Part shown: positions 27,458 through 37,290 of the stretch, one piece after another
Position numbering within the stretch: position 1 is the first letter of the stretch
Layout of the letters: each line of letters begins with the position of its first letter
Source: Spirochaetia bacterium
Lineage (GTDB): Bacteria > Spirochaetota > Spirochaetia > UBA9216
Direction: 5' to 3'
Length of the DNA: 64,000 bases
NCBI GenBank assembly: GCA_963675665.1
Contig: OY776510.1
Coordinates: forward strand, 3,744,001 to 3,808,000
Notes under the pieces: generated by a model
What the model saw: only the letters and a program-made list of their open reading frames with translations
Databases searched by the model: none
Told to the model about the DNA's origin: nothing
Program-made: the position numbers and the translations under genes

Positions 27458-27919
27458 ATGCCGCATAGAAATATTTTTAAAAAGATACTTTTCTGTACCG
27501 ATTTCAACACGGATGCAATGACGGCGTTCCACTATACTCTGAATATCGCCGAAGGGAATACCGATAGCGAGATTATAATTTTTCATGCAATTCCGGAACC
27601 GGACGCCCAGTTCTGGAAATCCTATATTTACGAAGTAGATAATGTCGATGAAAAGGCAAAGGCGGATATCGACAAGAAAATTCAGGAAGTATATCTGCCA
27701 AAGATTCCCGAAGGAATAAGCTTTTCATCGCATTTTGCAGTAGGCAATGTTGGTGAGGAAATTCTCAAGCATTCGGTTGAGATAGATGCTGATCTTATAG
27801 TTATAGGCCGCGGAGCCGGAGCCAATATGGTCAACCGGCTGCTTGGCAATTTTACTGAAAAAGTTATCAGGAAATCACACTGCCCCGTTCTCGTTGTCCC
27901 GGACGAAACAGAAGATTGA
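27458..27919 (+). CDS. Universal stress protein (TeaD-like, TRAP-linked)
   Basis: KKILFCTDF...ADLIVIG...LLG...CPVLVVP; GGGAGG SD before ATG 27458. Confidence 0.87.
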   Translation: MPHRNIFKKILFCTDFNTDAMTAFHYTLNIAEGNTDSEIIIFHAIPEPDAQFWKSYIYEVDNVDEKAKADIDKKIQEVYLPKIPEGISFSSHFAVGNVGEEILKHSVEIDADLIVIGRGAGANMVNRLLGNFTEKVIRKSHCPVLVVPDETED

Positions 27920-27935
27920 TACCCCCTATACAATT

Positions 27936-28085
27936 TCAGTTCCTGCATCCTTTTTTAATATAATCTTTCAATATCATCCTTATAAGAAGACTGAGGTTTC
28001 CTTCGTATTTTTCTTCTGCTTCCTTTTTAAGCGGTGCCCGCATTTCAGGATCAATCCTGACTGATGCATGTAAAGATTTTCTCAT
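27936..28085 (-). CDS. Small ribbon-helix-helix-like DNA-binding protein (49 aa)
   Basis: AGGAG SD; SVRID strand followed by two helices (NLSLLIRMILKDYI). Confidence 0.55.
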   Translation of the reverse strand: MRKSLHASVRIDPEMRAPLKKEAEEKYEGNLSLLIRMILKDYIKKGCRN

Positions 28086-28201
28086 TTTGTACTCCTGTTT
28101 TTTATAAATGTTTTCAATATATTTCTTCAATGTCGGACTTTGGTCCACATTTTATTATCGGTAATATTCTAACACATTACTTTCCATACAGAAAGATATA
28201 T

Positions 28202-29074
28202 CTATAACCCCCTCATCCATTGCGGTCTCATACCTATTTCTCCATCAAGGGCTTGTTCAATTTTCGAAATAAGCCTGTTCCTGTCTGCAGGCAGAGTTCC
28301 CCTTAATGCAAGCGCATTTGATGCATGATTTGACCTGAATATAATGTTGCCGGGAGGATCTATCAGTTTTATCAGAAGCTTTTCTTCTTCCAGCATTCCT
28401 TCATCGGTTTGCGATGTAAAATTATCAAACGCATCAGTAAATTGTTTCTTTGCAGTAGGGCTGAGCATGAGAGACAATGTCGATAGAAACGCAGGAACAG
28501 CCTGACTTACAAGCTCCGCACTCTTTTCAATATGTTCGCGCCATAGTTCTTTTCCACCCAGGCCGGTAATAATTGTTGCTGAAACATCGATCCCGTTATC
28601 CATCGCTTTAATTATGGCTTCTTTATGATTTGCAAAAAGCGCGCCCTTATTAATCTTCTTCAAAATCAAATCGGAACCCGATTCGATTCCCAGGTAAAGA
28701 AGCGTCAGTCCCGCCTCCGAAAGCTTTTTCAGTTCCGAAGCGGTTTTCTTCAACAAGTTACCGGGATTAGCATAAATCGAAACCCGCTGAATTGACGGAA
28801 AAACAGAATGAAGTTTGTCCAGAATCTGCATCAGCTTATCGGTATCCAGCGCCATAGCATCGCCATCCGCCAGGAAAACCCTGCGAACAGGTCCGTAAGC
28901 CGACATGATATCAATCTCGTCAAGAATATCTTTAATATTTCTTTCTTTGTAAGTTTTTGACTTATACATCTCACAAAACGTACACCGGTTATGGCTGCAA
29001 CCGAGTGTTGCCTGAATTATCAGGCTGTTTGCTTCTGAAGGAGGTCTGAATAACGGTTCGTCATAGAATATCAT
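28202..29074 (-). CDS. Radical SAM protein
   Basis: CSHNRCTFC (CxxxCxxC), RPPSEA, FLADGDA and GIESGS motifs. Confidence 0.9.
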   Translation of the reverse strand: MIFYDEPLFRPPSEANSLIIQATLGCSHNRCTFCEMYKSKTYKERNIKDILDEIDIMSAYGPVRRVFLADGDAMALDTDKLMQILDKLHSVFPSIQRVSIYANPGNLLKKTASELKKLSEAGLTLLYLGIESGSDLILKKINKGALFANHKEAIIKAMDNGIDVSATIITGLGGKELWREHIEKSAELVSQAVPAFLSTLSLMLSPTAKKQFTDAFDNFTSQTDEGMLEEEKLLIKLIDPPGNIIFRSNHASNALALRGTLPADRNRLISKIEQALDGEIGMRPQWMRGL

Positions 29075-29105
29075 ATCATCATATTACAGTTTTTTATTTT
29101 TATAT

Positions 29106-29852
29106 TCAATCTGACGGATTTGCCCGCTGTCTTCTCAATTCTTCGCACATGATTTCATGACACTTCAACGCAAGCACGGCAGGATCGGAACCTTTTTCAA
29201 CTTCAACAGGCGGCATTACATGCATGTGCAGAATAAATACCCCGTTTACAATAATACCGCTTTTCGGAAGCGCCTGATACGCGCCGTCGAGCAGCACAGG
29301 AAGGACCGGAGTGCCTGTTCCTGTTGCGGATCTGAACGCTCCCTTTTTAAAATCGGCTATCTCACCATTGCGGGTTCTTGTTCCTTCAGGATACACAAGC
29401 AAAGAGTCCCCATAGTTCAACAACGCTTCCATTTTTCTTATTGCCTCAAACTGGCTCTTGCGGCTTTTCCTGTCCACAAACAGGTGTCCGCCTATTACCA
29501 GGTTCCATCCCAGAAAAGGTACTCTTGACAGTACTTTCTTACCGATCATCTTGCATGGATAAAACAGAATGAAAGACAAAAGAATATCCAGAAGCGACTG
29601 ATGGTTCATAACTACAACATGGGCTTTTGATCTGTCCAGATTCTCACGACCTGTAACCTTAACCCTGAAAACAGGGCTGATAAACAGGGCAAAACGGGCA
29701 AATGCCGAACCAATGTAATGTACTGCATGTCTTTTTTTATCAAATGCAAAGGTAAAAAGAAAAACAACCGCCTGAATCGGTGTATAAATTATAAAGAGCA
29801 GAAATATCTCAGCCCATGTAAAAATCGAAGCTGCAGCATATAAAAAATACAT
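29106..29852 (-). CDS. plsC: 1-acyl-sn-glycerol-3-phosphate acyltransferase (PlsC family)
   Basis: NHQSLLD, FVDR, YPEGTR and FKKGAF motifs. Confidence 0.85.
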   Translation of the reverse strand: MYFLYAAASIFTWAEIFLLFIIYTPIQAVVFLFTFAFDKKRHAVHYIGSAFARFALFISPVFRVKVTGRENLDRSKAHVVVMNHQSLLDILLSFILFYPCKMIGKKVLSRVPFLGWNLVIGGHLFVDRKSRKSQFEAIRKMEALLNYGDSLLVYPEGTRTRNGEIADFKKGAFRSATGTGTPVLPVLLDGAYQALPKSGIIVNGVFILHMHVMPPVEVEKGSDPAVLALKCHEIMCEELRRQRANPSD

Positions 29853-29914
29853 CTTAATCTCCTATAAAAAGTCAACCACAAGCTAAAAATATAAGCTTAT
29901 GATCTGGTCGGATA

Positions 29915-31027
29915 TCAACCGACCATTACAGCTTCCCATGCTGCTGCCTGCATTTCCCTGTATTCTTTTCTAAAAGCCATTTTCATCGGATCAAACGGCT
30001 CTCTGGTTTTTAAAATTGTATATACCAAAGTGCTCATCTTGCGGGCGGCAGCTATTACACTCTTACCCGAGCCTTTCTGCTTCTTCATCGCTGCATACTT
30101 CGTCATTATTCGGTACGTCCCGGTCTTCTTTTGCATACGAACCATTCCCATCACCATCTGTACGAAGGCTGTCCTCAGTTCTACAGGCCCACGCTTTGTT
30201 ATATGTCCATGATGTATTGTCATATTTGAGTTCTGCACCCATGGCACAAGCCCGGCGTTTGCTGCATATTTCTTCGCACTATCATATCTGCCGATATCGT
30301 CTGTATAGGCTCTTACTGTTGCTGCTGTTATTAGACCCACGCCTGGTATTGTCTGCAGAAGCTCAACATCTTCATCGTCCTCCACAAGCTCAGCCAAAAC
30401 CTTTTCAAGCTGCTTGACTTGCGATGCCTGATTATCTATCATATCCAGTAACGGTATTACCGTTTTGGCAGCGCTTCCGTAAAAGTCGTGGTCCTCGAGA
30501 CCGTTCAGGATTCGCTGCCTTTCTTTTTTACTCTGCAGCTGTCCGCGTTTGGTCTCTATTCCATAACCAAGTAATAAGCCATGCACCTGGTTCTTTAACG
30601 ACACAACAGATTTTACCAGTATCGACCTGGATTTCAGCACCCTTCGAATATCCTCACTCTCTTGGGAACATAATATCGATTCAGGCAGCATGTCTTTCTC
30701 AAGAAACTCCGCCAGGGTGCGTGCATCATGTTTGTCTGTCTTTTTTACAGATTCATTCACTACCTTGAATTTCAAAGTATTCACTACAACCACTTCGACT
30801 CCAGCCTTTAACAGTTTATTGCGGAAATAACGGGCATTCCCGGTTGTTTCCACCGCTGCTCTCAACTCATATTCCTCTTCACAATATTCATCCAGCATTT
30901 TCAGAAATGCTCCATAACCATTTCCGCTGGTCGGATACATTCCCAATTGATCAATTTTTCGGTCTTCACTTAAAAGGCATACTGTAAACTGCGTTTTGTG
31001 AAGATCCACGCCAATACTCATCTTCAT
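29915..31027 (-). CDS. IS110-family DEDD recombinase/transposase
   Basis: Translation identical to 21016-22128. Confidence 0.95.
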   Translation of the reverse strand: MKMSIGVDLHKTQFTVCLLSEDRKIDQLGMYPTSGNGYGAFLKMLDEYCEEEYELRAAVETTGNARYFRNKLLKAGVEVVVVNTLKFKVVNESVKKTDKHDARTLAEFLEKDMLPESILCSQESEDIRRVLKSRSILVKSVVSLKNQVHGLLLGYGIETKRGQLQSKKERQRILNGLEDHDFYGSAAKTVIPLLDMIDNQASQVKQLEKVLAELVEDDEDVELLQTIPGVGLITAATVRAYTDDIGRYDSAKKYAANAGLVPWVQNSNMTIHHGHITKRGPVELRTAFVQMVMGMVRMQKKTGTYRIMTKYAAMKKQKGSGKSVIAAARKMSTLVYTILKTREPFDPMKMAFRKEYREMQAAAWEAVMVG

Positions 31028-31062
31028 GTTCTATCTCCAATAGTTTGAAGCAGTGCCTATAC

Positions 31063-31215
31063 GGTGAATTGTTCCATTCTCCTATCCGGTCTCGCAGACC
31101 ATTGAATGTTTCGGTTACGGCTCTTCAATCTCCTAAACGGTCTCGCGGACCAGTAAAAATGTCGAACAGTAACCTTACTGCCTCAATTAAAGTTAAGGCA
31201 GTATATCAATTCACC
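31063..31215 (-). ncRNA. Putative bridge RNA of IS110 copy 2
   Basis: Reverse complement of 20828-20980. Confidence 0.75.
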
Positions 31216-33584
31216 AGCTCATGAAGACTTTTTATCATTCCTCCTATAAAATACAGGCGCGAACCGAAGTCTCCTACAAGCCTCGTTTTTTCGGTGTAGC
31301 CCGTTCCGGTGAATTGATGGTAAGGTCTTATTCCAGCGAACATCAGTTCGTCGCCGAAAGCTTCAAATTCCTCTACCTCGTTTTCCAACATATAGTTATT
31401 GCTGATAACAGTGTGAAGAATACCGTCGGCCTTCAGCTTTATCGGGCTGATATGATTTACCAGATTACCGAATGCACGGATATTCACATACTGTCTTCTT
31501 GTTATAACTTTATACATCATATCCGGTTCAAGGCCAACAGTTTTAAGCTGCTCAAAACCTCCGTTTGGTTTCTGCAGAATCTGGTAATAACCGAGAACGG
31601 CATTTTTTTTATCTTTGCTTACAGTAATCCATAACGGCTGGTTATCTGAAAACGGAGATTTTAACCGGTAAAAATCTCCGTACTGAAAGAGGCTGCGCCG
31701 GCTTTTATAGTCGGTTATCTGCTGTTTTATTGTTTTCTTTTCAAAATTGGAAAGTTTCGTCAGATCCAGTTCATAGCCCAGAAGACCGAAAGCTGCAACA
31801 TTGAATCTTGTCTCAAGAGGCGTATTACGCAGTACCTGATGCGAAGGCGCGGCGCTTACGTGCGCCCCCATTACCGACGGCGGGTATACCATTGAAGTAC
31901 CGTACTGAATACTGATTCTTTCAACCGCGTCGGTATTGTCGCTTGTCCAGGTCTGGGGCATATAGTACAGCATTCCGAGATCAAAGCGGTTTCCGCCGCT
32001 CGCGCATGATTCAAAAAGGATATCGGGAAACTCATTTTTAAGCTTGTCCAGAAGCCGGTAGAGCCCAAGAACATACCTGTGCGCCTGCTCTTTCTGACGT
32101 TCCGCCGGCAGGATGTTTGAATAGAGGTCCGAAAGGTTCCGGTTGCAGTCCCATTTCACATACTGCAGACCTGCCCTCCTGAAAAGATTTGACAGAACTT
32201 CATACATATAATCAATTACATCCGGGTTTGCGTAATCAAGCATCAGCTGGAAACGCCCTTCCGAAGCGGGTCGTTCCGGTGTTTTTATAGCCCAGTCGGG
32301 ATGCGCCCGGTACAGTTCGCTGTCGGCATTGACCATCTCTGGTTCAACCCAGAGGCCGAATTTCAAACCTTTAGCATGAAGTTTTCTGCCAAGTCTTTCC
32401 AGACCACCTGGAAGCTTCTTCCTGTTTTCATACCAGTCGCCGAGGCTTGAATGATCATCATCACGCTTTCCGAACCAGCCGTCATCAAGAACAAACAGCT
32501 CGATACCGAGTTTTACTGCTTCATCGGCAAGCTTGAGCAGTTTACTTTCGTTAAAATCGAAATATGTCGCTTCCCAGTTATTTATAAGGACAGGCCTGTC
32601 CTTATACTGCCAGGCCGGGTTTACAATATTATTATTAATCAGCTCGTGAAAATTCCTGCTCATCCCGTTTAATCCTGAATCTGAATAAGTCAGAATCGCT
32701 TCGGGTGTTTGAAATGATTCACCGGGGACGAGTTGCCAGCTGAAATCGAAAGGATTAATCCCCATCTGGATCCTTGTAAACGAATGAGGATTTACTTCAG
32801 CAAGACCGATATGATTACCTGAATAAACAAGCGAAAAACCGTAGCATTCACCTGCATTCTCGGTGGTATCGGCTCTCTTTAAACAAAAAAACGGGTTATG
32901 ATTAGCGCTGCTCACGCCTTTTTTTGAATCTATATAGAAAATACCCTCTGAAAGTTTCCGGGTATTTATATGGCGTTCGCTTATCCATTTCCCGTCAAGG
33001 GTAAGCAGCTCAAAACCGGATTCACTGAAATCAAGATTAAAACTCATCAGCTTCTCTATGGACACCGGGAGATTCCCGCTGTTTACAAGCTTCGAACTTC
33101 GTGTAATAACATTACGCTCATAATACACGGTATAGCTGAGCACCAGAATCAGGTTGGCGTATGTGTCTTCAAGAGTTATTTCCAGCGTCTCAACATTATC
33201 GTTGTTTCTGAACGCATGCGGCATATCCTGAAGCTTGTTTTCGCCTTCATAGATTCTGTGGCTTTTATAAATGAAATCACAAACCCTGGTTCCGTTGCTG
33301 AAATTGATTTCCGTAAACGGTTCGCGGTAATCACCCTTGCCGTACGCCGGGGCTTCCAGGCAGGCGGCATCAAGACTGAAGTGTCCTGTTTCCGTACTGT
33401 AGCATGTTGAACTGCCCGTCCACAGGCTGAACGACTGGTGCATATTATTGTATGAACTTTTTTCCCGTATTCTTTTTCCGAAATACAGATTAACAGGATG
33501 GCCCGAGTCAAGGATTCTTATGATATAACTTGTATTCTCTGTAGAAAGATGGAAATCTGATTTGTTATTCCTGATTTTTATCAT
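31206..33584 (-). CDS. Alpha-galactosidase (GH36)
   Basis: INNWEATYFDF, LFVLDDGWFG, FGLWVEPEM, YVKWDCN, ESCASGG and WTSDNTD motifs. The last residues (GMIKSLHELVN) come from the IS left end. Confidence 0.93.
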   Translation of the reverse strand: MIKIRNNKSDFHLSTENTSYIIRILDSGHPVNLYFGKRIREKSSYNNMHQSFSLWTGSSTCYSTETGHFSLDAACLEAPAYGKGDYREPFTEINFSNGTRVCDFIYKSHRIYEGENKLQDMPHAFRNNDNVETLEITLEDTYANLILVLSYTVYYERNVITRSSKLVNSGNLPVSIEKLMSFNLDFSESGFELLTLDGKWISERHINTRKLSEGIFYIDSKKGVSSANHNPFFCLKRADTTENAGECYGFSLVYSGNHIGLAEVNPHSFTRIQMGINPFDFSWQLVPGESFQTPEAILTYSDSGLNGMSRNFHELINNNIVNPAWQYKDRPVLINNWEATYFDFNESKLLKLADEAVKLGIELFVLDDGWFGKRDDDHSSLGDWYENRKKLPGGLERLGRKLHAKGLKFGLWVEPEMVNADSELYRAHPDWAIKTPERPASEGRFQLMLDYANPDVIDYMYEVLSNLFRRAGLQYVKWDCNRNLSDLYSNILPAERQKEQAHRYVLGLYRLLDKLKNEFPDILFESCASGGNRFDLGMLYYMPQTWTSDNTDAVERISIQYGTSMVYPPSVMGAHVSAAPSHQVLRNTPLETRFNVAAFGLLGYELDLTKLSNFEKKTIKQQITDYKSRRSLFQYGDFYRLKSPFSDNQPLWITVSKDKKNAVLGYYQILQKPNGGFEQLKTVGLEPDMMYKVITRRQYVNIRAFGNLVNHISPIKLKADGILHTVISNNYMLENEVEEFEAFGDELMFAGIRPYHQFTGTGYTEKTRLVGDFGSRLYFIGGMIKSLHELVN

Positions 33585-33664
33585 GTCTGCAGCTCCGCAT
33601 TATTTCATTCATCGAGTTCATTCTAATATCAGAGGAGCATTTAATCAAAGCTTTATTTAAAATG

Positions 33665-33695
33665 AAAAAGCGACCCGGATTTCCGGATCGCTTTT
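33665..33695 (-). terminator. Rho-independent terminator after the SSS gene
   Basis: AAAAGCGAcCCGGA-TT-TCCGGaTCGCTTTT; the mismatch is a G-U pair on the minus strand, followed by a U-run. Confidence 0.8.
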
Positions 33696-33713
33696 CTGAT
33701 TTTTTCAGACTTT

Positions 33714-35189
33714 CTAATAAGCCTTATTATATACGGCTTTTTGTTCTTCCTGAACATCAACAATCGAACTCTCGCGGGGTTTTGAAGCGAGGCTTACAAC
33801 GATAAATATAATCGCGTTAATAATCAGGCTGAATAGTCCCGAATGCAATCCGAACGGAACGCTCAGCGGAGTAAAGGTAAAAAGACACAGCAGAATTACT
33901 CCGGCAAGAAGACCTGATATTGCTCCGGCCGAGGTTGATTTTTTCCAGAACAGAACGCCGGCCGTAGGAACGAATACCTGCGCGGTGCCGCTGAGTGCTA
34001 CCAGACCTACATTAACAAGCAACCCCGGAATAAAAACCGACATGAAATAAGCTATCAGTGCAAAAACAAGTATTGCTATTCGGCCTACCCAGACAAGCGC
34101 TTTCTGATCCATGGTTTTATTTATATATCTCTGATGAAAATCAACAGTATATACTGCCGACATGGAGTGTATCTGCGAATTTGCCGAAGACATTGCTGCC
34201 GCAGCTCCGCCGGCACAAACCAGGCTTGCGAGAGCAAATGGCGCGTACTTGAACAGCATTATAGGCAATATCCTGTCGGGCCGGTCAAGTCCGGCCGATT
34301 CCAGAACCATACCCGTATTCCCGAGAAGCATTGATCCTACGTAGGCTATAGCGGCAAACCCCAGCAGAAACGGCATAAGGTTAAACAGCTTCGATGATTT
34401 TACGGAGTACATTCTTGTCCAGAGCTGCGGTCCCATAAATGCGCCGATCGGCGTAACAATGAACATTGAAATCCACAAGCCGTAACCGTGAACGCCCTGC
34501 GGTCCGGGAAGAGTCAATGATTCGGGAGCAGTCTGTTTCAGGGTCTGGAAAAGCTCCGCAGTACCGCCCACTTTTGCAGCTACAAAGAACCCGCCGAAAA
34601 TCATTCCGAAGAAAAGTAGTATGCCGTAAAATATGTCTGTCCATGCGACAGCCCTCAGGCCACCGGCCCAGACATAAACAATAATTATCGCGTAAAAGAG
34701 CAATCCGCCTATCTTCCACGGTATCAGTCCGCCCGATGCAACTTCGATAAGATATGCACCGCCGGTCAGCTGAATCTGCAGATACGGAAGGGTGAAAAGG
34801 ATCATGATAACAGCTACGATTACAGCCAACGGCCCCGAACCGTAAAGCTTTCTGAAGAAATCGCTTGGCGTTATAAGGTTATTCTTTTTGCCGTAAAACC
34901 ATATTCTTTTACCGACAACATAATACAGAACTCCGAACAGGATATTCCATGCTATGGCAGTCCAGTAAACCGGCCCGCGCGTGTAAAAGTACGACGGCGC
35001 ACCCAGGAACGCAAAAGAAGACCACCATGTAGCGGCAACCGTAAAAAATACCGCCAGAGACCCCATTGCCCGTCCCTGAACAAAGAAATCTTCCGTTGTT
35101 GGGAGAGATCTTTTATTTGCGACAGCGCCCATTACCAGAGGAATCAGCATAAAAAGTCCCAGAATTGTTAAAGCTATTGCACCTTCCAT
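33714..35189 (-). CDS. Sodium:solute symporter (SSS family)
   Basis: About 13 TM helices; DFFVQGR, GGLRAVAWTD and AAAMSS motifs. Confidence 0.92.
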   Translation of the reverse strand: MEGAIALTILGLFMLIPLVMGAVANKRSLPTTEDFFVQGRAMGSLAVFFTVAATWWSSFAFLGAPSYFYTRGPVYWTAIAWNILFGVLYYVVGKRIWFYGKKNNLITPSDFFRKLYGSGPLAVIVAVIMILFTLPYLQIQLTGGAYLIEVASGGLIPWKIGGLLFYAIIIVYVWAGGLRAVAWTDIFYGILLFFGMIFGGFFVAAKVGGTAELFQTLKQTAPESLTLPGPQGVHGYGLWISMFIVTPIGAFMGPQLWTRMYSVKSSKLFNLMPFLLGFAAIAYVGSMLLGNTGMVLESAGLDRPDRILPIMLFKYAPFALASLVCAGGAAAAMSSANSQIHSMSAVYTVDFHQRYINKTMDQKALVWVGRIAILVFALIAYFMSVFIPGLLVNVGLVALSGTAQVFVPTAGVLFWKKSTSAGAISGLLAGVILLCLFTFTPLSVPFGLHSGLFSLIINAIIFIVVSLASKPRESSIVDVQEEQKAVYNKAY

Positions 35190-35434
35190 TATTCGTCTCC
35201 CTCACCTTCGATAAAATCTTTGCCTTTTCCCCAGTTTGCCTTATAGGCAACAAACAGAATGATGCACATGATTGCCCACATTATCAGGGTAAACCCGTAA
35301 ATAAAGGGCATCCCGAAAATCATGGGATCGATTCGATTGATGAAAAAGATTCCCGGCAATTCCATGATCATAAAGCAGATAATGATCAAGACCCAGAACA
35401 CTTTCTTCATCGGATAACTTTTCTTTTCCGACAT
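35189..35434 (-). CDS. Small two-TM partner of the SSS transporter (DUF3311-like)
   Basis: NRIDPMIFGMPF motif; coupled to the SSS gene; AGGAG SD. Confidence 0.8.
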   Translation of the reverse strand: MSEKKSYPMKKVFWVLIIICFMIMELPGIFFINRIDPMIFGMPFIYGFTLIMWAIMCIILFVAYKANWGKGKDFIEGEGDE

Positions 35435-35478
35435 AACATCTCCTTCTTTTCTTTATTCGGGAAGTTCTGATGCTTCCC

Positions 35479-37089
35479 TCAGGCATCGAAGACCTTGCGG
35501 CCTCCGAGCCATGTTTGACAAACTTTGATTTCCCTGATTGCAAACGGGTCCGTTTTTACAGGGTCTTTATCAAGCACCACAAAATCAGCCAGTTTCCCGT
35601 CTTCAATTGTGCCTTTGATTTTTTCTTCAAAGGAAGAATAGGCGCTGCCGGCCGTATAAATCCGGAGGGCCTGTTCTGCGGTTATTCTCTGGCTGAAGCC
35701 TACGCGCAGCCCCTGGGAACTTGTTCTTGTTACCATTGCCTGAACCGCCGTCATAACATCCTGCATCCCGCAGGGATTATCCGAGCTGGCGGCCACCGGG
35801 ATTCCCGCATCAAGAAACGACTTATGCGCAAACATGTTTTCAATGCGTTCCCCGTACACATGCATCTTTTCGCCGTGTTCCCATACATAGGTTGTAAAAG
35901 GCAGGGGTATAACTTCCGCCGCCCTGATTCTTTTCAGCAGCTGTTCATTTATAACTGTGCAATGCGCAATTCTATGCCTCAGTCTTTTTTCAGGATGTTC
36001 CGCCTGCGCTTTTTCAATGGCAGTCAATACCATATCGATTGCGTTGTCGCCGTTAGCATGAATTTCCATCTGGTAACCGCCGGAATGAGCTTCAAGAACA
36101 AGCGCTTCGGTGTCCTCGGGTGTTTTTGTCGGAATGCCGTAATAACCGGGCCGCCCGCCGTACGGTTCGCTTAACCAGGCCGTGTGGGCGGCAATTGCGC
36201 CGTCGACAAAACTTTTTATTGCTCCGAACTGCAGCATTTCATTCCCGAACCCGGTTCTTACCCCGACGTCCTTCAGCATATGCAGATAATTCTCAAGCAC
36301 ATTCATATATACCCTGCAGCTTAACCTTCCGCTTTCAAATGCCGACTGAAAAGCCGATATTTCAGGAGGCCCGACAAGTCCGTCGCCGACACTGGTTATG
36401 CCGTAAGATGAAGCTTCCTTACAGGCTATTTCCACAGCGGTTGCGAGCTGTTCCGTAGTATATGAAGGGACAAATGAGCCTTCCTTTCCCATTCCGGTAA
36501 CAAATTTAAAATGGGCTTCTTCAAGGCAGAGGCCCGTCAGCCTGCCGTTTTCATCCCGCACAAAATCTCCCCCGGGTGGGTTGGCTGTATTTTCGTCTAT
36601 GCCAGCAATTTTAAAGGCCGTTGAATTAACAACTCCGCAATGGCATGTCTGGGAACGCAGATGAACAGGATGCGATTTCGAAACACGATCCAGCTCGGCC
36701 GCAGTGGGATGTCTTTTTTCTTCAAGCTTGGAAAAATCGTAGCTTCCGCCCAAAACCCATTGTCCCGGCGTGGTTTCGTCAGCTTTCTTCCGAAGAAGTT
36801 TTATTATATCTTCAATGTTTTTAACTTTTGCCGGGCTGCAGTCAACCTGAAGCAACTGCTTGCCCCTGAGTGATAAAAGATGGCAATGCGCATCATTAAA
36901 ACCCGGAAGAATAATTTTCCCGGCGGCGTCTATTACTTTTACTCCCGGGGCATCGAGGTTAATTACATCGGAGGTTTTTCCGACAGCCGCAAACAATCCG
37001 TCTTTTACGGCAAACGCTTCAAAAACATCATTATTTCCGTTCATACTCCGGATAACTGCATTCTTTATAATTAAATCGGGGGTAATCAT
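35479..37089 (-). CDS. Amidohydrolase family 3 (YtcJ-like)
   Basis: PGFNDAHCH, KSFVDG, IHANGD, RHRIAH and GKLADFVVL motifs. Confidence 0.9.
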   Translation of the reverse strand: MITPDLIIKNAVIRSMNGNNDVFEAFAVKDGLFAAVGKTSDVINLDAPGVKVIDAAGKIILPGFNDAHCHLLSLRGKQLLQVDCSPAKVKNIEDIIKLLRKKADETTPGQWVLGGSYDFSKLEEKRHPTAAELDRVSKSHPVHLRSQTCHCGVVNSTAFKIAGIDENTANPPGGDFVRDENGRLTGLCLEEAHFKFVTGMGKEGSFVPSYTTEQLATAVEIACKEASSYGITSVGDGLVGPPEISAFQSAFESGRLSCRVYMNVLENYLHMLKDVGVRTGFGNEMLQFGAIKSFVDGAIAAHTAWLSEPYGGRPGYYGIPTKTPEDTEALVLEAHSGGYQMEIHANGDNAIDMVLTAIEKAQAEHPEKRLRHRIAHCTVINEQLLKRIRAAEVIPLPFTTYVWEHGEKMHVYGERIENMFAHKSFLDAGIPVAASSDNPCGMQDVMTAVQAMVTRTSSQGLRVGFSQRITAEQALRIYTAGSAYSSFEEKIKGTIEDGKLADFVVLDKDPVKTDPFAIREIKVCQTWLGGRKVFDA

Positions 37090-37101
37090 GCCACTGGTAA
37101 A

Positions 37102-37118
37102 TGCAATTTATATACCAA
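37102..37118 (-). promoter_or_regulatory. Sigma-54 (-24/-12) promoter of the amidohydrolase operon
   Basis: Minus strand TTGGTATATAAATTGCA = GG-N10-GC; lies next to an NtrC-family gene. Confidence 0.75.
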
Positions 37119-37233
37119 TTCCCTGTTTTCATTATAAATCGTTCGTTATTACTTACTATAAAAAGAATTATAAAAAAACAGACTGTTTTGGTCGAAATAA
37201 AATGCAGATATTCTTAATTTTTAAAATCAGAAT

Positions 37234-37290
37234 TATAACTTTTTTTATAACAAAAGTTATAACAGTCTATAAACCATAACTTTTGTTATA
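37234..37290. promoter_or_regulatory. Candidate enhancer sites (ATAAC-N4-GTTAT palindromes)
   Basis: TATAACAAAAGTTAT (37246-37260), its perfect inverse (37276-37290) and a partial third site near 37234, about 130-190 bp upstream of the sigma-54 promoter. Confidence 0.6.

Larger units (their letters stand above)
29859..31240 (-). mobile_element. IS110-family insertion sequence, copy 2 (1,382 bp)
   Basis: Inverted copy of 20803-22184 with an identical protein; CTCCTATA at 29859-29866 and at the flank 31241-31248. Confidence 0.95.

Noticed and set aside
20803-31240. Composite transposon that imported the TRAP region
   Set aside because: Each IS copy has its own reconstructable empty site at a coupled gene junction, indicating independent insertions.
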